Source: Mobula hypostoma | Taxonomy: Eukaryota | DNA length: 64,000 bases | Direction of reading: 5' to 3' | NCBI RefSeq assembly: GCF_963921235.1 | Contig: NC_086107.1 | Coordinates: 96,164,001-96,228,000, forward strand | Part shown: in pieces, positions 9,679 through 25,128 of the stretch | Layout: each line of letters begins with the position of its first letter | Position numbering within the stretch: position 1 is the first letter of the stretch | Program-made: the position numbers and the translations under genes | Notes under the pieces: model-generated | Seen by the model: only the letters and a program-made list of their open reading frames with translations | Told to the model about the DNA's origin: nothing | Database searches by the model: none

Positions 9679-11304
9679 CCCTTCTGGGGAATTTCAAAGT
9701 AGCAAAGAAAAGGAAAACGACGAAAGCTCCATCAGGCACAGCAGCACAGACAAGCATGCACGCACATGGAGAGAGAGGAGAGAGCTAGCTGCTTGCTCTA
9801 CACTTCTCCTGTGTCTGTGTCTGTCTGTCGATACAGCTCACTCACTCACTCACGCCATGGGCAGACAACTCAACAACAGCACGAGCATCATATATCTGGG
9901 CCATTTGATCAAGCCATTTGATGGCTAAGATCAAGTGCACATCCAGGCTGCAACCAGATCAGGTGCTGCAGGCAAGGCAGCAACTTCATGAGAGATGCCC
10001 CTTGGCATTCATTCCTGAAGCAAACTGCTCAACCGGCACACTCATTCTGATGCCTGCTCACTCGGCAGCTGCCTGCACCAAGCACAGAAGCAGAGTGAAG
10101 CGGAGCGGGCCGAAAGGCCTTTTCTGTCCCGCCACGCTCGCTCCACTTCTCAGGCTCAGGCTTCTCAGCTGCTCCTTGAAGCCAACGGAGGACGGGACGG
10201 ACGGACGGACGGGCGGGCGAACGAACGAACGAACGAACGAACGAACGAACGAACGAACGAGGCGAATGAACGAATGATTTCACCAGCAGCCAGCCTGTCG
10301 GACAGGCAGGCTCGTTCAAGTGTGCCAGCAGCCAGGGCTCGTGGACGAGAGGAAGGAAGGGAGGCATCCGATGGAGCCCGGCCACAGAGCAACGGGGCCC
10401 GGTGCTGCATCCTCCCCGCCTGCACCAGACTGCCAAGACTGCTGCTCTCCTGCCCAGACAGACAGACAGACAGACAGACCAGCTACAAGCATCACCACCT
10501 AGCCATAGCACCAGCAAAACTCTGCCTACCTGCCCTGGCCTGGCCTGGCCTCCTCTGCTCTGCCCGACCCGACCCGACTCGACTCACAAATCTCCATTGT
10601 GATGCGTCTGCCTGCCCCTGCCCCAGCCCCAAAGCCCCGCCCACCGTTCGAGGCAAGGCAGAGGCACAACCCCCCACTCAGACCTCCCCAATATACATTG
10701 GCAGTGCAGTGCATCTCCAGCCTCGCTCAAAATCACGTCCCAAACCCCAAAATCACTCAAACCTCTCATGCTTACACGTACCTACTCGGCGTCCAGCTTT
10801 GGCGCACGTCTCCACAAGTGCCACATCCATCCACGTGCCCCTGCTTCACGCACAGCACAGCACTGTGCCTCCCTCCGGCAGGCATTTCGCCGATCCATTT
10901 CCTGTTTCACAACCAAGGCATAATCAGTACCCCTTTCCTTCCACAGCACAGCGCGCACACGCGCCCGCCCACTCCGCCACCGAGCCATGCCGGCCAAAAA
11001 CGCACCTGCACAGCAGTGGGGCACAGGGCCGCCGTCAGCCCGCCACACATTTCCCTCCTTCCCTCCTATTTCTACATCCGTGCACCCACCCCGCTGCAAA
11101 ACCAGTCAGTCTGCTCAGGCGTCAGCACAGAGGCATAGTGAAGGGCCTCGGCCCTTTCTCCCTTTACTGCCCTCTGTACATGTGACCAGAGCTTGGCAGA
11201 TCCCTCAGCACTCCGTGTGCACGTGTGTCTGTGACTCTGTGTCTCTGTGAGATTGAGTGAGTGAGTGAGTGAGTCAGTGAGAGAGAGAGACAGACAGACA
11301 GACA

Positions 11305-11353
<49 letters not shown>

Positions 11354-12252
11354 ACCCCCATCCACCCTGGTAAAAAAAAGGTGGTGGGGGAGCAGGGGAG
11401 AAGACACTGTGTCCAATCATAGCCTGTGCAGACGCAAAGTCTGCAGCTTCTGGAGATGAAACAAACTCAATCCACTCAACAATTGTAATTGCACACACGT
11501 CAAAATAAAGGCACAGAGGTGTGAATGGCTGCACTTCAGCCTTCGGCTTGGAGAGCACACCCATTGTTTCTCCTCAGGCACACCTGTAGCTGACATCCTC
11601 CTGTTCCCAAACTTGCCAGGAGGCTTTTCTGCCCGCGGACTTTGGCCACGTCCACAACCCTCGTACCGGTCTTGAGCGTTGCACGTGGCCTCTGCCTTTG
11701 TCGCCCGGCGCAGTCCCATCCGCTCGCTCCCTCCCGGAGAGGGCAGAGCCTCCGAAGGAGACCGTTCAGCTGGATGGATGCGCCGGCCAGCTAGGGCGCG
11801 CAAAGCCGAGAGGCGCGCTCTCTTTGCCGAGTGCAGGGACGCCCTTGAAGGGCCCAGCGGCCTGCTCCCACTCCCCCTGCAGACTCTTGTGCAGACAGGA
11901 CAGCGTGACCAGCCTCCCATGACCAGGAGAGCAGTGCAAGTTGAGCCAGCCTCTGAGACCGACCTGGGAGCCGGCAGCCTTGACGTAGGCAGTGTGCCAG
12001 TGACGTAGGCGCCCATAAGTACGGCCCCACTCCCAGATGATTGGTGGATCACTAGCAGCTTTACATAGCCTCTGACAACTTGCACTCATGACGGACCAGG
12101 TAGGCAACAGCTGTCCAGCACACCCACCCATCCCAGACAACCTAGGGGAGAGCTGCCAGCGGGCCAGGGCAGCAAGGTCTTTGCCAGGCCTCCTGCTTCA
12201 ATCTAAACACCAGAGGCTAGGCAGGATGTAGCCGACTCAAGCGTATGCCTGC

Positions 12253-12440
12253 ATCGCTTCTCGGCCTTTTGGCTAAGATCAAGTGTAGTATCTGTTCTTA
12301 TCAGTTTAATATCTGATACGTCCCTTATCTGGGGACCATATATTAAATTGATTTTTGGAACAGGGAGATGGAATAGGGGCTTGCTCCGTCCACTCCACGC
12401 ATCGACCCGGTATTGCAGTGCCTCTGGGAACGGTGCACTC
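12253..12440 (+). ncRNA. RNU2: U2 snRNA (intact)
   Basis: Same sequence as 6738-6925. Confidence 0.98.
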
Positions 12441-14053
12441 CCCTTCTGGGGAATTTCAAAGTAGCAAAGAAAAGGAAAACGACGAAAGCTCCATCAGGCA
12501 CAGCAGCACAGACAAGCATGCACGCACATGGAGAGAGAGGAGAGAGCTAGCTGCTTGCTCTACACTTCTCCTGTGTCTGTGTCTGTCTGTCGATACAGCT
12601 CACTCACTCACTCACGCCATGGGCAGACAACTCAACAACAGCACGAGCATCATATATCTGGGCCATTTGATCAAGCCATTTGATGGCTAAGATCAAGTGC
12701 ACATCCAGGCTGCAACCAGATCAGGTGCTGCAGGCAAGGCAGCAACTTCATGAGAGATGCCCCTTGGCATTCATTCCTGAAGCAAACTGCTCAACCGGCA
12801 CACTCATTCTGATGCCTGCTCACTCGGCAGCTGCCTGCACCAAGCACAGAAGCAGAGTGAAGCGGAGCGGGCCGAAAGGCCTTTTCTGTCCCGCCACGCT
12901 CGCTCCACTTCTCAGGCTCAGGCTTCTCAGCTGCTCCTTGAAGCCAACGGAGGACGGGACGGACGGACGGACGGGCGGGCGAACGAACGAACGAACGAAC
13001 GAACGAACGAACGAGGCGAATGAACGAATGATTTCACCAGCAGCCAGCCTGTCGGACAGGCAGGCTCGTTCAAGTGTGCCAGCAGCCAGGGCTCGTGGAC
13101 GAGAGGAAGGAAGGGAGGCATCCGATGGAGCCCGGCCACAGAGCAACGGGGCCCGGTGCTGCATCCTCCCCGCCTGCACCAGACTGCCAAGACTGCTGCT
13201 CTCCTGCCCAGACAGACAGACAGACAGACAGACCAGCTACAAGCATCACCACCTAGCCATAGCACCAGCAAAACTCTGCCTACCTGCCCTGGCCTGGCCT
13301 GGCCTCCTCTGCTCTGCCCGACCCGACCCGACTCGACTCACAAATCTCCATTGTGATGCGTCTGCCTGCCCCTGCCCCAGCCCCAAAGCCCCGCCCACCG
13401 TTCGAGGCAAGGCAGAGGCACAACCCCCCACTCAGACCTCCCCAATATACATTGGCAGTGCAGTGCATCTCCAGCCTCGCTCAAAATCACGTCCCAAACC
13501 CCAAAATCACTCAAACCTCTCATGCTTACACGTACCTACTCGGCGTCCAGCTTTGGCGCACGTCTCCACAAGTGCCACATCCATCCACGTGCCCCTGCTT
13601 CACGCACAGCACAGCACTGTGCCTCCCTCCGGCAGGCATTTCGCCGATCCATTTCCTGTTTCACAACCAAGGCATAATCAGTACCCCTTTCCTTCCACAG
13701 CACAGCGCGCACACGCGCCCGCCCACTCCGCCACCGAGCCATGCCGGCCAAAAACGCACCTGCACAGCAGTGGGGCACAGGGCCGCCGTCAGCCCGCCAC
13801 ACATTTCCCTCCTTCCCTCCTATTTCTACATCCGTGCACCCACCCCGCTGCAAAACCAGTCAGTCTGCTCAGGCGTCAGCACAGAGGCATAGTGAAGGGC
13901 CTCGGCCCTTCTCCCTTTACTGCCCTCTGTACATGTGACCAGAGCTTGGCAGATCCCTCAGCACTCCGTGTGCACGTGTGTCTGTGACTCTGTGTCTCTG
14001 TGAGATTGAGTGAGTGAGTGAGTGAGTCAGTGAGAGAGAGAGACAGACAGACA

Positions 14054-14104
<51 letters not shown>

Positions 14105-15003
14105 ACCCCCATCCACCCTGGTAAAAAAAAGGTGGTGGGGGAGCAGGGGAGAAGACACTGTGTCCAATCATAGCCTGTGCAGACGCAAAGTCTGCAGCTT
14201 CTGGAGATGAAACAAACTCAATCCACTCAACAATTGTAATTGCACACACGTCAAAATAAAGGCACAGAGGTGTGAATGGCTGCACTTCAGCCTTCGGCTT
14301 GGAGAGCACACCCATTGTTTCTCCTCAGGCACACCTGTAGCTGACATCCTCCTGTTCCCAAACTTGCCAGGAGGCTTTTCTGCCCGCGGACTTTGGCCAC
14401 GTCCACAACCCTCGTACCGGTCTTGAGCGTTGCACGTGGCCTCTGCCTTTGTCGCCCGGCGCAGTCCCATCCGCTCGCTCCCTCCCGGAGAGGGCAGAGC
14501 CTCCGAAGGAGACCGTTCAGCTGGATGGATGCGCCGGCCAGCTAGGGCGCGCAAAGCCGAGAGGCGCGCTCTCTTTGCCGAGTGCAGGGACGCCCTTGAA
14601 GGGCCCAGCGGCCTGCTCCCACTCCCCCTGCAGACTCTTGTGCAGACAGGACAGCGTGACCAGCCTCCCATGACCAGGAGAGCAGTGCAAGTTGAGCCAG
14701 CCTCTGAGACCGACCTGGGAGCCGGCAGCCTTGACGTAGGCAGTGTGCCAGTGACGTAGGCGCCCATAAGTACGGCCCCACTCCCAGATGATTGGTGGAT
14801 CACTAGCAGCTTTACATAGCCTCTGACAACTTGCACTCATGACGGACCAGGTAGGCAACAGCTGTCCAGCACACCCACCCATCCCAGACAACCTAGGGGA
14901 GAGCTGCCAGCGGGCCAGGGCAGCAAGGTCTTTGCCAGGCCTCCTGCTTCAATCTAAACACCAGAGGCTAGGCAGGATGTAGCCGACTCAAGCGTATGCC
15001 TGC

Positions 15004-15191
15004 ATCGCTTCTCGGCCTTTTGGCTAAGATCAAGTGTAGTATCTGTTCTTATCAGTTTAATATCTGATACGTCCCTTATCTGGGGACCATATATTAAATT
15101 GATTTTTGGAACAGGGAGATGGAATAGGGGCTTGCTCCGTCCACTCCACGCATCGACCCGGTATTGCAGTGCCTCTGGGAACGGTGCACTC
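15004..15191 (+). ncRNA. RNU2: U2 snRNA (intact)
   Basis: Same sequence as 6738-6925. Confidence 0.98.
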
Positions 15192-16814
15192 CCCTTCTGG
15201 GGAATTTCAAAGTAGCAAAGAAAAGGGCACAAAACGCACGAAAGCTCCATCAGGCACAGCAGCACAGACAAGCATGCACGCACATGGAGAGAGAGGAGAG
15301 AGCTAGCTGCTTGCTCTACACTTCTCCTGTGTCTGTGTCTGTCTGTCGATACAGCTCACTCACTCACTCACGCCATGGGCAGACAACTCAACAACAGCAC
15401 GAGCATCATATATCTGGGCCATTTGATCAAGCCATTTGATGGCTAAGATCAAGTGCACATCCAGGCTGCAACCAGATCAGGTGCTGCAGGCAAGGCAGCA
15501 ACTTCATGAGAGATGCCCCTTGGCATTCATTCCTGAAGCAAACTGCTCAACCGGCACACTCATTCTGATGCCTGCTCACTCGGCAGCTGCCTGCACCAAG
15601 CACAGAAGCAGAGTGAAGCGGAGCGGGCCGAAAGGCCTTTTCTGTCCCGCCACGCTCGCTCCACTTCTCAGGCTCAGGCTTCTCAGCTGCTCCTTGAAGC
15701 CAACGGAGGACGGGACGGACGGACGGACGGGCGGGGGCGAACGAACGAACGAACGAACGAACGAACGAACGAGGCGAATGAACGAATGATTTCACCAGCA
15801 GCCAGCCTGTCGGACAGGCAGGCTCGTTCAAGTGTGCCAGCAGCCAGGGCTCGTGGACGAGAGGAAGGAAGGGAGGCATCCGATGGAGCCCGGCCACAGA
15901 GCAACGGGGCCCGGTGCTGCATCCTCCCCGCCTGCACCAGACTGCCAAGACTGCTGCTCTCCTGCCCAGACAGACAGACAGACAGACAGACCAGCTACAA
16001 GCATCACCACCTAGCCATAGCACCAGCAAAACTCTGCCTACCTGCCCTGGCCTGGCCTGGCCTCCTCTGCTCTGCCCGACCCGACCCGACTCGACTCACA
16101 AATCTCCATTGTGATGCGTCTGCCTGCCCCTGCCCCAGCCCCAAAGCCCCGCCCACCGTTCGAGGCAAGGCAGAGGCACAACCCCCCACTCAGACCTCCC
16201 CAATATACATTGGCAGTGCAGTGCATCTCCAGCCTCGCTCAAAATCACGTCCCAAACCCCAAAATCACTCAAACCTCTCATGCTTACACGTACCTACTCG
16301 GCGTCCAGCTTTGGCGCACGTCTCCACAAGTGCCACATCCATCCACGTGCCCCTGCTTCACGCACAGCACAGCACTGTGCCTCCCTCCGGCAGGCATTTC
16401 GCCGATCCATTTCCTGTTTCACAACCAAGGCATAATCAGTACCCCTTTCCTTCCACAGCACAGCGCGCACACGCGCCCGCCCACTCCGCCACCGAGCCAT
16501 GCCGGCCAAAAACGCACCTGCACAGCAGTGGGGCACAGGGCCGCCGTCAGCCCGCCACACATTTCCCTCCTTCCCTCCTATTTCTACATCCGTGCACCCA
16601 CCCCGCTGCAAAACCAGTCAGTCTGCTCAGGCGTCAGCACAGAGGCATAGTGAAGGGCCTCGGCCCTTCTCCCTTTACTGCCCTCTGTACATGTGACCAG
16701 AGCTTGGCAGATCCCTCAGCACTCCGTGTGCACGTGTGTCTGTGACTCTGTGTCTCTGTGAGATTGAGTGAGTGAGTGAGTGAGTCAGTGAGAGAGAGAG
16801 ACAGACAGACAGAC

Positions 16815-16865
<51 letters not shown>

Positions 16866-17764
16866 ACCCCCATCCACCCTGGTAAAAAAAAGGTGGTGGG
16901 GGAGCAGGGGAGAAGACACTGTGTCCAATCATAGCCTGTGCAGACGCAAAGTCTGCAGCTTCTGGAGATGAAACAAACTCAATCCACTCAACAATTGTAA
17001 TTGCACACACGTCAAAATAAAGGCACAGAGGTGTGAATGGCTGCACTTCAGCCTTCGGCTTGGAGAGCACACCCATTGTTTCTCCTCAGGCACACCTGTA
17101 GCTGACATCCTCCTGTTCCCAAACTTGCCAGGAGGCTTTTCTGCCCGCGGACTTTGGCCACGTCCACAACCCTCGTACCGGTCTTGAGCGTTGCACGTGG
17201 CCTCTGCCTTTGTCGCCCGGCGCAGTCCCATCCGCTCGCTCCCTCCCGGAGAGGGCAGAGCCTCCGAAGGAGACCGTTCAGCTGGATGGATGCGCCGGCC
17301 AGCTAGGGCGCGCAAAGCCGAGAGGCGCGCTCTCTTTGCCGAGTGCAGGGACGCCCTTGAAGGGCCCAGCGGCCTGCTCCCACTCCCCCTGCAGACTCTT
17401 GTGCAGACAGGACAGCGTGACCAGCCTCCCATGACCAGGAGAGCAGTGCAAGTTGAGCCAGCCTCTGAGACCGACCTGGGAGCCGGCAGCCTTGACGTAG
17501 GCAGTGTGCCAGTGACGTAGGCGCCCATAAGTACGGCCCCACTCCCAGATGATTGGTGGATCACTAGCAGCTTTACATAGCCTCTGACAACTTGCACTCA
17601 TGACGGACCAGGTAGGCAACAGCTGTCCAGCACACCCACCCATCCCAGACAACCTAGGGGAGAGCTGCCAGCGGGCCAGGGCAGCAAGGTCTTTGCCAGG
17701 CCTCCTGCTTCAATCTAAACACCAGAGGCTAGGCAGGATGTAGCCGACTCAAGCGTATGCCTGC

Positions 17765-17952
17765 ATCGCTTCTCGGCCTTTTGGCTAAGATCAAGTGTAG
17801 TATCTGTTCTTATCAGTTTAATATCTGATACGTCCCTTATCTGGGGACCATATATTAAATTGATTTTTGGAACAGGGAGATGGAATAGGGGCTTGCTCCG
17901 TCCACTCCACGCATCGACCCGGTATTGCAGTGCCTCTGGGAACGGTGCACTC
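17765..17952 (+). ncRNA. RNU2: U2 snRNA (intact)
   Basis: Same sequence as 6738-6925. Confidence 0.98.
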
Positions 17953-19565
17953 CCCTTCTGGGGAATTTCAAAGTAGCAAAGAAAAGGAAAACGACGAAAG
18001 CTCCATCAGGCACAGCAGCACAGACAAGCATGCACGCACATGGAGAGAGAGGAGAGAGCTAGCTGCTTGCTCTACACTTCTCCTGTGTCTGTGTCTGTCT
18101 GTCGATACAGCTCACTCACTCACTCACGCCATGGGCAGACAACTCAACAACAGCACGAGCATCATATATCTGGGCCATTTGATCAAGCCATTTGATGGCT
18201 AAGATCAAGTGCACATCCAGGCTGCAACCAGATCAGGTGCTGCAGGCAAGGCAGCAACTTCATGAGAGATGCCCCTTGGCATTCATTCCTGAAGCAAACT
18301 GCTCAACCGGCACACTCATTCTGATGCCTGCTCACTCGGCAGCTGCCTGCACCAAGCACAGAAGCAGAGTGAAGCGGAGCGGGCCGAAAGGCCTTTTCTG
18401 TCCCGCCACGCTCGCTCCACTTCTCAGGCTCAGGCTTCTCAGCTGCTCCTTGAAGCCAACGGAGGACGGGACGGACGGACGGACGGGCGGGCGAACGAAC
18501 GAACGAACGAACGAACGAACGAACGAGGCGAATGAACGAATGATTTCACCAGCAGCCAGCCTGTCGGACAGGCAGGCTCGTTCAAGTGTGCCAGCAGCCA
18601 GGGCTCGTGGACGAGAGGAAGGAAGGGAGGCATCCGATGGAGCCCGGCCACAGAGCAACGGGGCCCGGTGCTGCATCCTCCCCGCCTGCACCAGACTGCC
18701 AAGACTGCTGCTCTCCTGCCCAGACAGACAGACAGACAGACAGACCAGCTACAAGCATCACCACCTAGCCATAGCACCAGCAAAACTCTGCCTACCTGCC
18801 CTGGCCTGGCCTGGCCTCCTCTGCTCTGCCCGACCCGACCCGACTCGACTCACAAATCTCCATTGTGATGCGTCTGCCTGCCCCTGCCCCAGCCCCAAAG
18901 CCCCGCCCACCGTTCGAGGCAAGGCAGAGGCACAACCCCCCACTCAGACCTCCCCAATATACATTGGCAGTGCAGTGCATCTCCAGCCTCGCTCAAAATC
19001 ACGTCCCAAACCCCAAAATCACTCAAACCTCTCATGCTTACACGTACCTACTCGGCGTCCAGCTTTGGCGCACGTCTCCACAAGTGCCACATCCATCCAC
19101 GTGCCCCTGCTTCACGCACAGCACAGCACTGTGCCTCCCTCCGGCAGGCATTTCGCCGATCCATTTCCTGTTTCACAACCAAGGCATAATCAGTACCCCT
19201 TTCCTTCCACAGCACAGCGCGCACACGCGCCCGCCCACTCCGCCACCGAGCCATGCCGGCCAAAAACGCACCTGCACAGCAGTGGGGCACAGGGCCGCCG
19301 TCAGCCCGCCACACATTTCCCTCCTTCCCTCCTATTTCTACATCCGTGCACCCACCCCGCTGCAAAACCAGTCAGTCTGCTCAGGCGTCAGCACAGAGGC
19401 ATAGTGAAGGGCCTCGGCCCTTCTCCCTTTACTGCCCTCTGTACATGTGACCAGAGCTTGGCAGATCCCTCAGCACTCCGTGTGCACGTGTGTCTGTGAC
19501 TCTGTGTCTCTGTGAGATTGAGTGAGTGAGTGAGTGAGTCAGTGAGAGAGAGAGACAGACAGACA

Positions 19566-19616
<51 letters not shown>

Positions 19617-20515
19617 ACCCCCATCCACCCTGGTAAAAAAAAGGTGGTGGGGGAGCAGGGGAGAAGACACTGTGTCCAATCATAGCCTGTGCAGACGCAA
19701 AGTCTGCAGCTTCTGGAGATGAAACAAACTCAATCCACTCAACAATTGTAATTGCACACACGTCAAAATAAAGGCACAGAGGTGTGAATGGCTGCACTTC
19801 AGCCTTCGGCTTGGAGAGCACACCCATTGTTTCTCCTCAGGCACACCTGTAGCTGACATCCTCCTGTTCCCAAACTTGCCAGGAGGCTTTTCTGCCCGCG
19901 GACTTTGGCCACGTCCACAACCCTCGTACCGGTCTTGAGCGTTGCACGTGGCCTCTGCCTTTGTCGCCCGGCGCAGTCCCATCCGCTCGCTCCCTCCCGG
20001 AGAGGGCAGAGCCTCCGAAGGAGACCGTTCAGCTGGATGGATGCGCCGGCCAGCTAGGGCGCGCAAAGCCGAGAGGCGCGCTCTCTTTGCCGAGTGCAGG
20101 GACGCCCTTGAAGGGCCCAGCGGCCTGCTCCCACTCCCCCTGCAGACTCTTGTGCAGACAGGACAGCGTGACCAGCCTCCCATGACCAGGAGAGCAGTGC
20201 AAGTTGAGCCAGCCTCTGAGACCGACCTGGGAGCCGGCAGCCTTGACGTAGGCAGTGTGCCAGTGACGTAGGCGCCCATAAGTACGGCCCCACTCCCAGA
20301 TGATTGGTGGATCACTAGCAGCTTTACATAGCCTCTGACAACTTGCACTCATGACGGACCAGGTAGGCAACAGCTGTCCAGCACACCCACCCATCCCAGA
20401 CAACCTAGGGGAGAGCTGCCAGCGGGCCAGGGCAGCAAGGTCTTTGCCAGGCCTCCTGCTTCAATCTAAACACCAGAGGCTAGGCAGGATGTAGCCGACT
20501 CAAGCGTATGCCTGC

Positions 20516-20703
20516 ATCGCTTCTCGGCCTTTTGGCTAAGATCAAGTGTAGTATCTGTTCTTATCAGTTTAATATCTGATACGTCCCTTATCTGGGGACC
20601 ATATATTAAATTGATTTTTGGAACAGGGAGATGGAATAGGGGCTTGCTCCGTCCACTCCACGCATCGACCCGGTATTGCAGTGCCTCTGGGAACGGTGCA
20701 CTC
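20516..20703 (+). ncRNA. RNU2: U2 snRNA (intact)
   Basis: Same sequence as 6738-6925. Confidence 0.98.
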
Positions 20704-22320
20704 CCCTTCTGGGGAATTTCAAAGTAGCAAAGAAAAGGAAAACGACGAAAGCTCCATCAGGCACAGCAGCACAGACAAGCATGCACGCACATGGAGAGAG
20801 AGGAGAGAGCTAGCTGCTTGCTCTACACTTCTCCTGTGTCTGTGTCTGTCTGTCGATACAGCTCACTCACTCACTCACGCCATGGGCAGACAACTCAACA
20901 ACAGCACGAGCATCATATATCTGGGCCATTTGATCAAGCCATTTGATGGCTAAGATCAAGTGCACATCCAGGCTGCAACCAGATCAGGTGCTGCAGGCAA
21001 GGCAGCAACTTCATGAGAGATGCCCCTTGGCATTCATTCCTGAAGCAAACTGCTCAACCGGCACACTCATTCTGATGCCTGCTCACTCGGCAGCTGCCTG
21101 CACCAAGCACAGAAGCAGAGTGAAGCGGAGCGGGCCGAAAGGCCTTTTCTGTCCCGCCACGCTCGCTCCACTTCTCAGGCTCAGGCTTCTCAGCTGCTCC
21201 TTGAAGCCAACGGAGGACGGGACGGACGGACGGACGGGCGGGCGAACGAACGAACGAACGAACGAACGAACGAACGAACGAGGCGAATGAACGAATGATT
21301 TCACCAGCAGCCAGCCTGTCGGACAGGCAGGCTCGTTCAAGTGTGCCAGCAGCCAGGGCTCGTGGACGAGAGGAAGGAAGGGAGGCATCCGATGGAGCCC
21401 GGCCACAGAGCAACGGGGCCCGGTGCTGCATCCTCCCCGCCTGCACCAGACTGCCAAGACTGCTGCTCTCCTGCCCAGACAGACAGACAGACAGACAGAC
21501 CAGCTACAAGCATCACCACCTAGCCATAGCACCAGCAAAACTCTGCCTACCTGCCCTGGCCTGGCCTGGCCTCCTCTGCTCTGCCCGACCCGACCCGACT
21601 CGACTCACAAATCTCCATTGTGATGCGTCTGCCTGCCCCTGCCCCAGCCCCAAAGCCCCGCCCACCGTTCGAGGCAAGGCAGAGGCACAACCCCCCACTC
21701 AGACCTCCCCAATATACATTGGCAGTGCAGTGCATCTCCAGCCTCGCTCAAAATCACGTCCCAAACCCCAAAATCACTCAAACCTCTCATGCTTACACGT
21801 ACCTACTCGGCGTCCAGCTTTGGCGCACGTCTCCACAAGTGCCACATCCATCCACGTGCCCCTGCTTCACGCACAGCACAGCACTGTGCCTCCCTCCGGC
21901 AGGCATTTCGCCGATCCATTTCCTGTTTCACAACCAAGGCATAATCAGTACCCCTTTCCTTCCACAGCACAGCGCGCACACGCGCCCGCCCACTCCGCCA
22001 CCGAGCCATGCCGGCCAAAAACGCACCTGCACAGCAGTGGGGCACAGGGCCGCCGTCAGCCCGCCACACATTTCCCTCCTTCCCTCCTATTTCTACATCC
22101 GTGCACCCACCCCGCTGCAAAACCAGTCAGTCTGCTCAGGCGTCAGCACAGAGGCATAGTGAAGGGCCTCGGCCCTTCTCCCTTTACTGCCCTCTGTACA
22201 TGTGACCAGAGCTTGGCAGATCCCTCAGCACTCCGTGTGCACGTGTGTCTGTGACTCTGTGTCTCTGTGAGATTGAGTGAGTGAGTGAGTGAGTCAGTGA
22301 GAGAGAGAGACAGACAGACA

Positions 22321-22371
<51 letters not shown>

Positions 22372-23270
22372 ACCCCCATCCACCCTGGTAAAAAAAAGGT
22401 GGTGGGGGAGCAGGGGAGAAGACACTGTGTCCAATCATAGCCTGTGCAGACGCAAAGTCTGCAGCTTCTGGAGATGAAACAAACTCAATCCACTCAACAA
22501 TTGTAATTGCACACACGTCAAAATAAAGGCACAGAGGTGTGAATGGCTGCACTTCAGCCTTCGGCTTGGAGAGCACACCCATTGTTTCTCCTCAGGCACA
22601 CCTGTAGCTGACATCCTCCTGTTCCCAAACTTGCCAGGAGGCTTTTCTGCCCGCGGACTTTGGCCACGTCCACAACCCTCGTACCGGTCTTGAGCGTTGC
22701 ACGTGGCCTCTGCCTTTGTCGCCCGGCGCAGTCCCATCCGCTCGCTCCCTCCCGGAGAGGGCAGAGCCTCCGAAGGAGACCGTTCAGCTGGATGGATGCG
22801 CCGGCCAGCTAGGGCGCGCAAAGCCGAGAGGCGCGCTCTCTTTGCCGAGTGCAGGGACGCCCTTGAAGGGCCCAGCGGCCTGCTCCCACTCCCCCTGCAG
22901 ACTCTTGTGCAGACAGGACAGCGTGACCAGCCTCCCATGACCAGGAGAGCAGTGCAAGTTGAGCCAGCCTCTGAGACCGACCTGGGAGCCGGCAGCCTTG
23001 ACGTAGGCAGTGTGCCAGTGACGTAGGCGCCCATAAGTACGGCCCCACTCCCAGATGATTGGTGGATCACTAGCAGCTTTACATAGCCTCTGACAACTTG
23101 CACTCATGACGGACCAGGTAGGCAACAGCTGTCCAGCACACCCACCCATCCCAGACAACCTAGGGGAGAGCTGCCAGCGGGCCAGGGCAGCAAGGTCTTT
23201 GCCAGGCCTCCTGCTTCAATCTAAACACCAGAGGCTAGGCAGGATGTAGCCGACTCAAGCGTATGCCTGC

Positions 23271-23458
23271 ATCGCTTCTCGGCCTTTTGGCTAAGATCAA
23301 GTGTAGTATCTGTTCTTATCAGTTTAATATCTGATACGTCCCTTATCTGGGGACCATATATTAAATTGATTTTTGGAACAGGGAGATGGAATAGGGGCTT
23401 GCTCCGTCCACTCCACGCATCGACCCGGTATTGCAGTGCCTCTGGGAACGGTGCACTC
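23271..23458 (+). ncRNA. RNU2: U2 snRNA (intact)
   Basis: Same sequence as 6738-6925. Confidence 0.98.
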
Positions 23459-25075
23459 CCCTTCTGGGGAATTTCAAAGTAGCAAAGAAAAGGAAAACGA
23501 CGAAAGCTCCATCAGGCACAGCAGCACAGACAAGCATGCACGCACATGGAGAGAGAGGAGAGAGCTAGCTGCTTGCTCTACACTTCTCCTGTGTCTGTGT
23601 CTGTCTGTCGATACAGCTCACTCACTCACTCACGCCATGGGCAGACAACTCAACAACAGCACGAGCATCATATATCTGGGCCATTTGATCAAGCCATTTG
23701 ATGGCTAAGATCAAGTGCACATCCAGGCTGCAACCAGATCAGGTGCTGCAGGCAAGGCAGCAACTTCATGAGAGATGCCCCTTGGCATTCATTCCTGAAG
23801 CAAACTGCTCAACCGGCACACTCATTCTGATGCCTGCTCACTCGGCAGCTGCCTGCACCAAGCACAGAAGCAGAGTGAAGCGGAGCGGGCCGAAAGGCCT
23901 TTTCTGTCCCGCCACGCTCGCTCCACTTCTCAGGCTCAGGCTTCTCAGCTGCTCCTTGAAGCCAACGGAGGACGGGACGGACGGACGGACGGGCGGGCGA
24001 ACGAACGAACGAACGAACGAACGAACGAACGAACGAGGCGAATGAACGAATGATTTCACCAGCAGCCAGCCTGTCGGACAGGCAGGCTCGTTCAAGTGTG
24101 CCAGCAGCCAGGGCTCGTGGACGAGAGGAAGGAAGGGAGGCATCCGATGGAGCCCGGCCACAGAGCAACGGGGCCCGGTGCTGCATCCTCCCCGCCTGCA
24201 CCAGACTGCCAAGACTGCTGCTCTCCTGCCCAGACAGACAGACAGACAGACAGACCAGCTACAAGCATCACCACCTAGCCATAGCACCAGCAAAACTCTG
24301 CCTACCTGCCCTGGCCTGGCCTGGCCTCCTCTGCTCTGCCCGACCCGACCCGACTCGACTCACAAATCTCCATTGTGATGCGTCTGCCTGCCCCTGCCCC
24401 AGCCCCAAAGCCCCGCCCACCGTTCGAGGCAAGGCAGAGGCACAACCCCCCACTCAGACCTCCCCAATATACATTGGCAGTGCAGTGCATCTCCAGCCTC
24501 GCTCAAAATCACGTCCCAAACCCCAAAATCACTCAAACCTCTCATGCTTACACGTACCTACTCGGCGTCCAGCTTTGGCGCACGTCTCCACAAGTGCCAC
24601 ATCCATCCACGTGCCCCTGCTTCACGCACAGCACAGCACTGTGCCTCCCTCCGGCAGGCATTTCGCCGATCCATTTCCTGTTTCACAACCAAGGCATAAT
24701 CAGTACCCCTTTCCTTCCACAGCACAGCGCGCACACGCGCCCGCCCACTCCGCCACCGAGCCATGCCGGCCAAAAACGCACCTGCACAGCAGTGGGGCAC
24801 AGGGCCGCCGTCAGCCCGCCACACATTTCCCTCCTTCCCTCCTATTTCTACATCCGTGCACCCACCCCGCTGCAAAACCAGTCAGTCTGCTCAGGCGTCA
24901 GCACAGAGGCATAGTGAAGGGCCTCGGCCCTTCTCCCTTTACTGCCCTCTGTACATGTGACCAGAGCTTGGCAGATCCCTCAGCACTCCGTGTGCACGTG
25001 TGTCTGTGACTCTGTGTCTCTGTGAGATTGAGTGAGTGAGTGAGTGAGTCAGTGAGAGAGAGAGACAGACAGACA

Positions 25076-25128
<53 letters not shown>

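Noticed and set aside
15221..15244. Variant 3' flank (GGGCACAAAACGCACG) and nearby single-base indels in the 15004 unit
   Set aside because: Small private indels in one unit look like consensus error and cannot be told from real variation without reads
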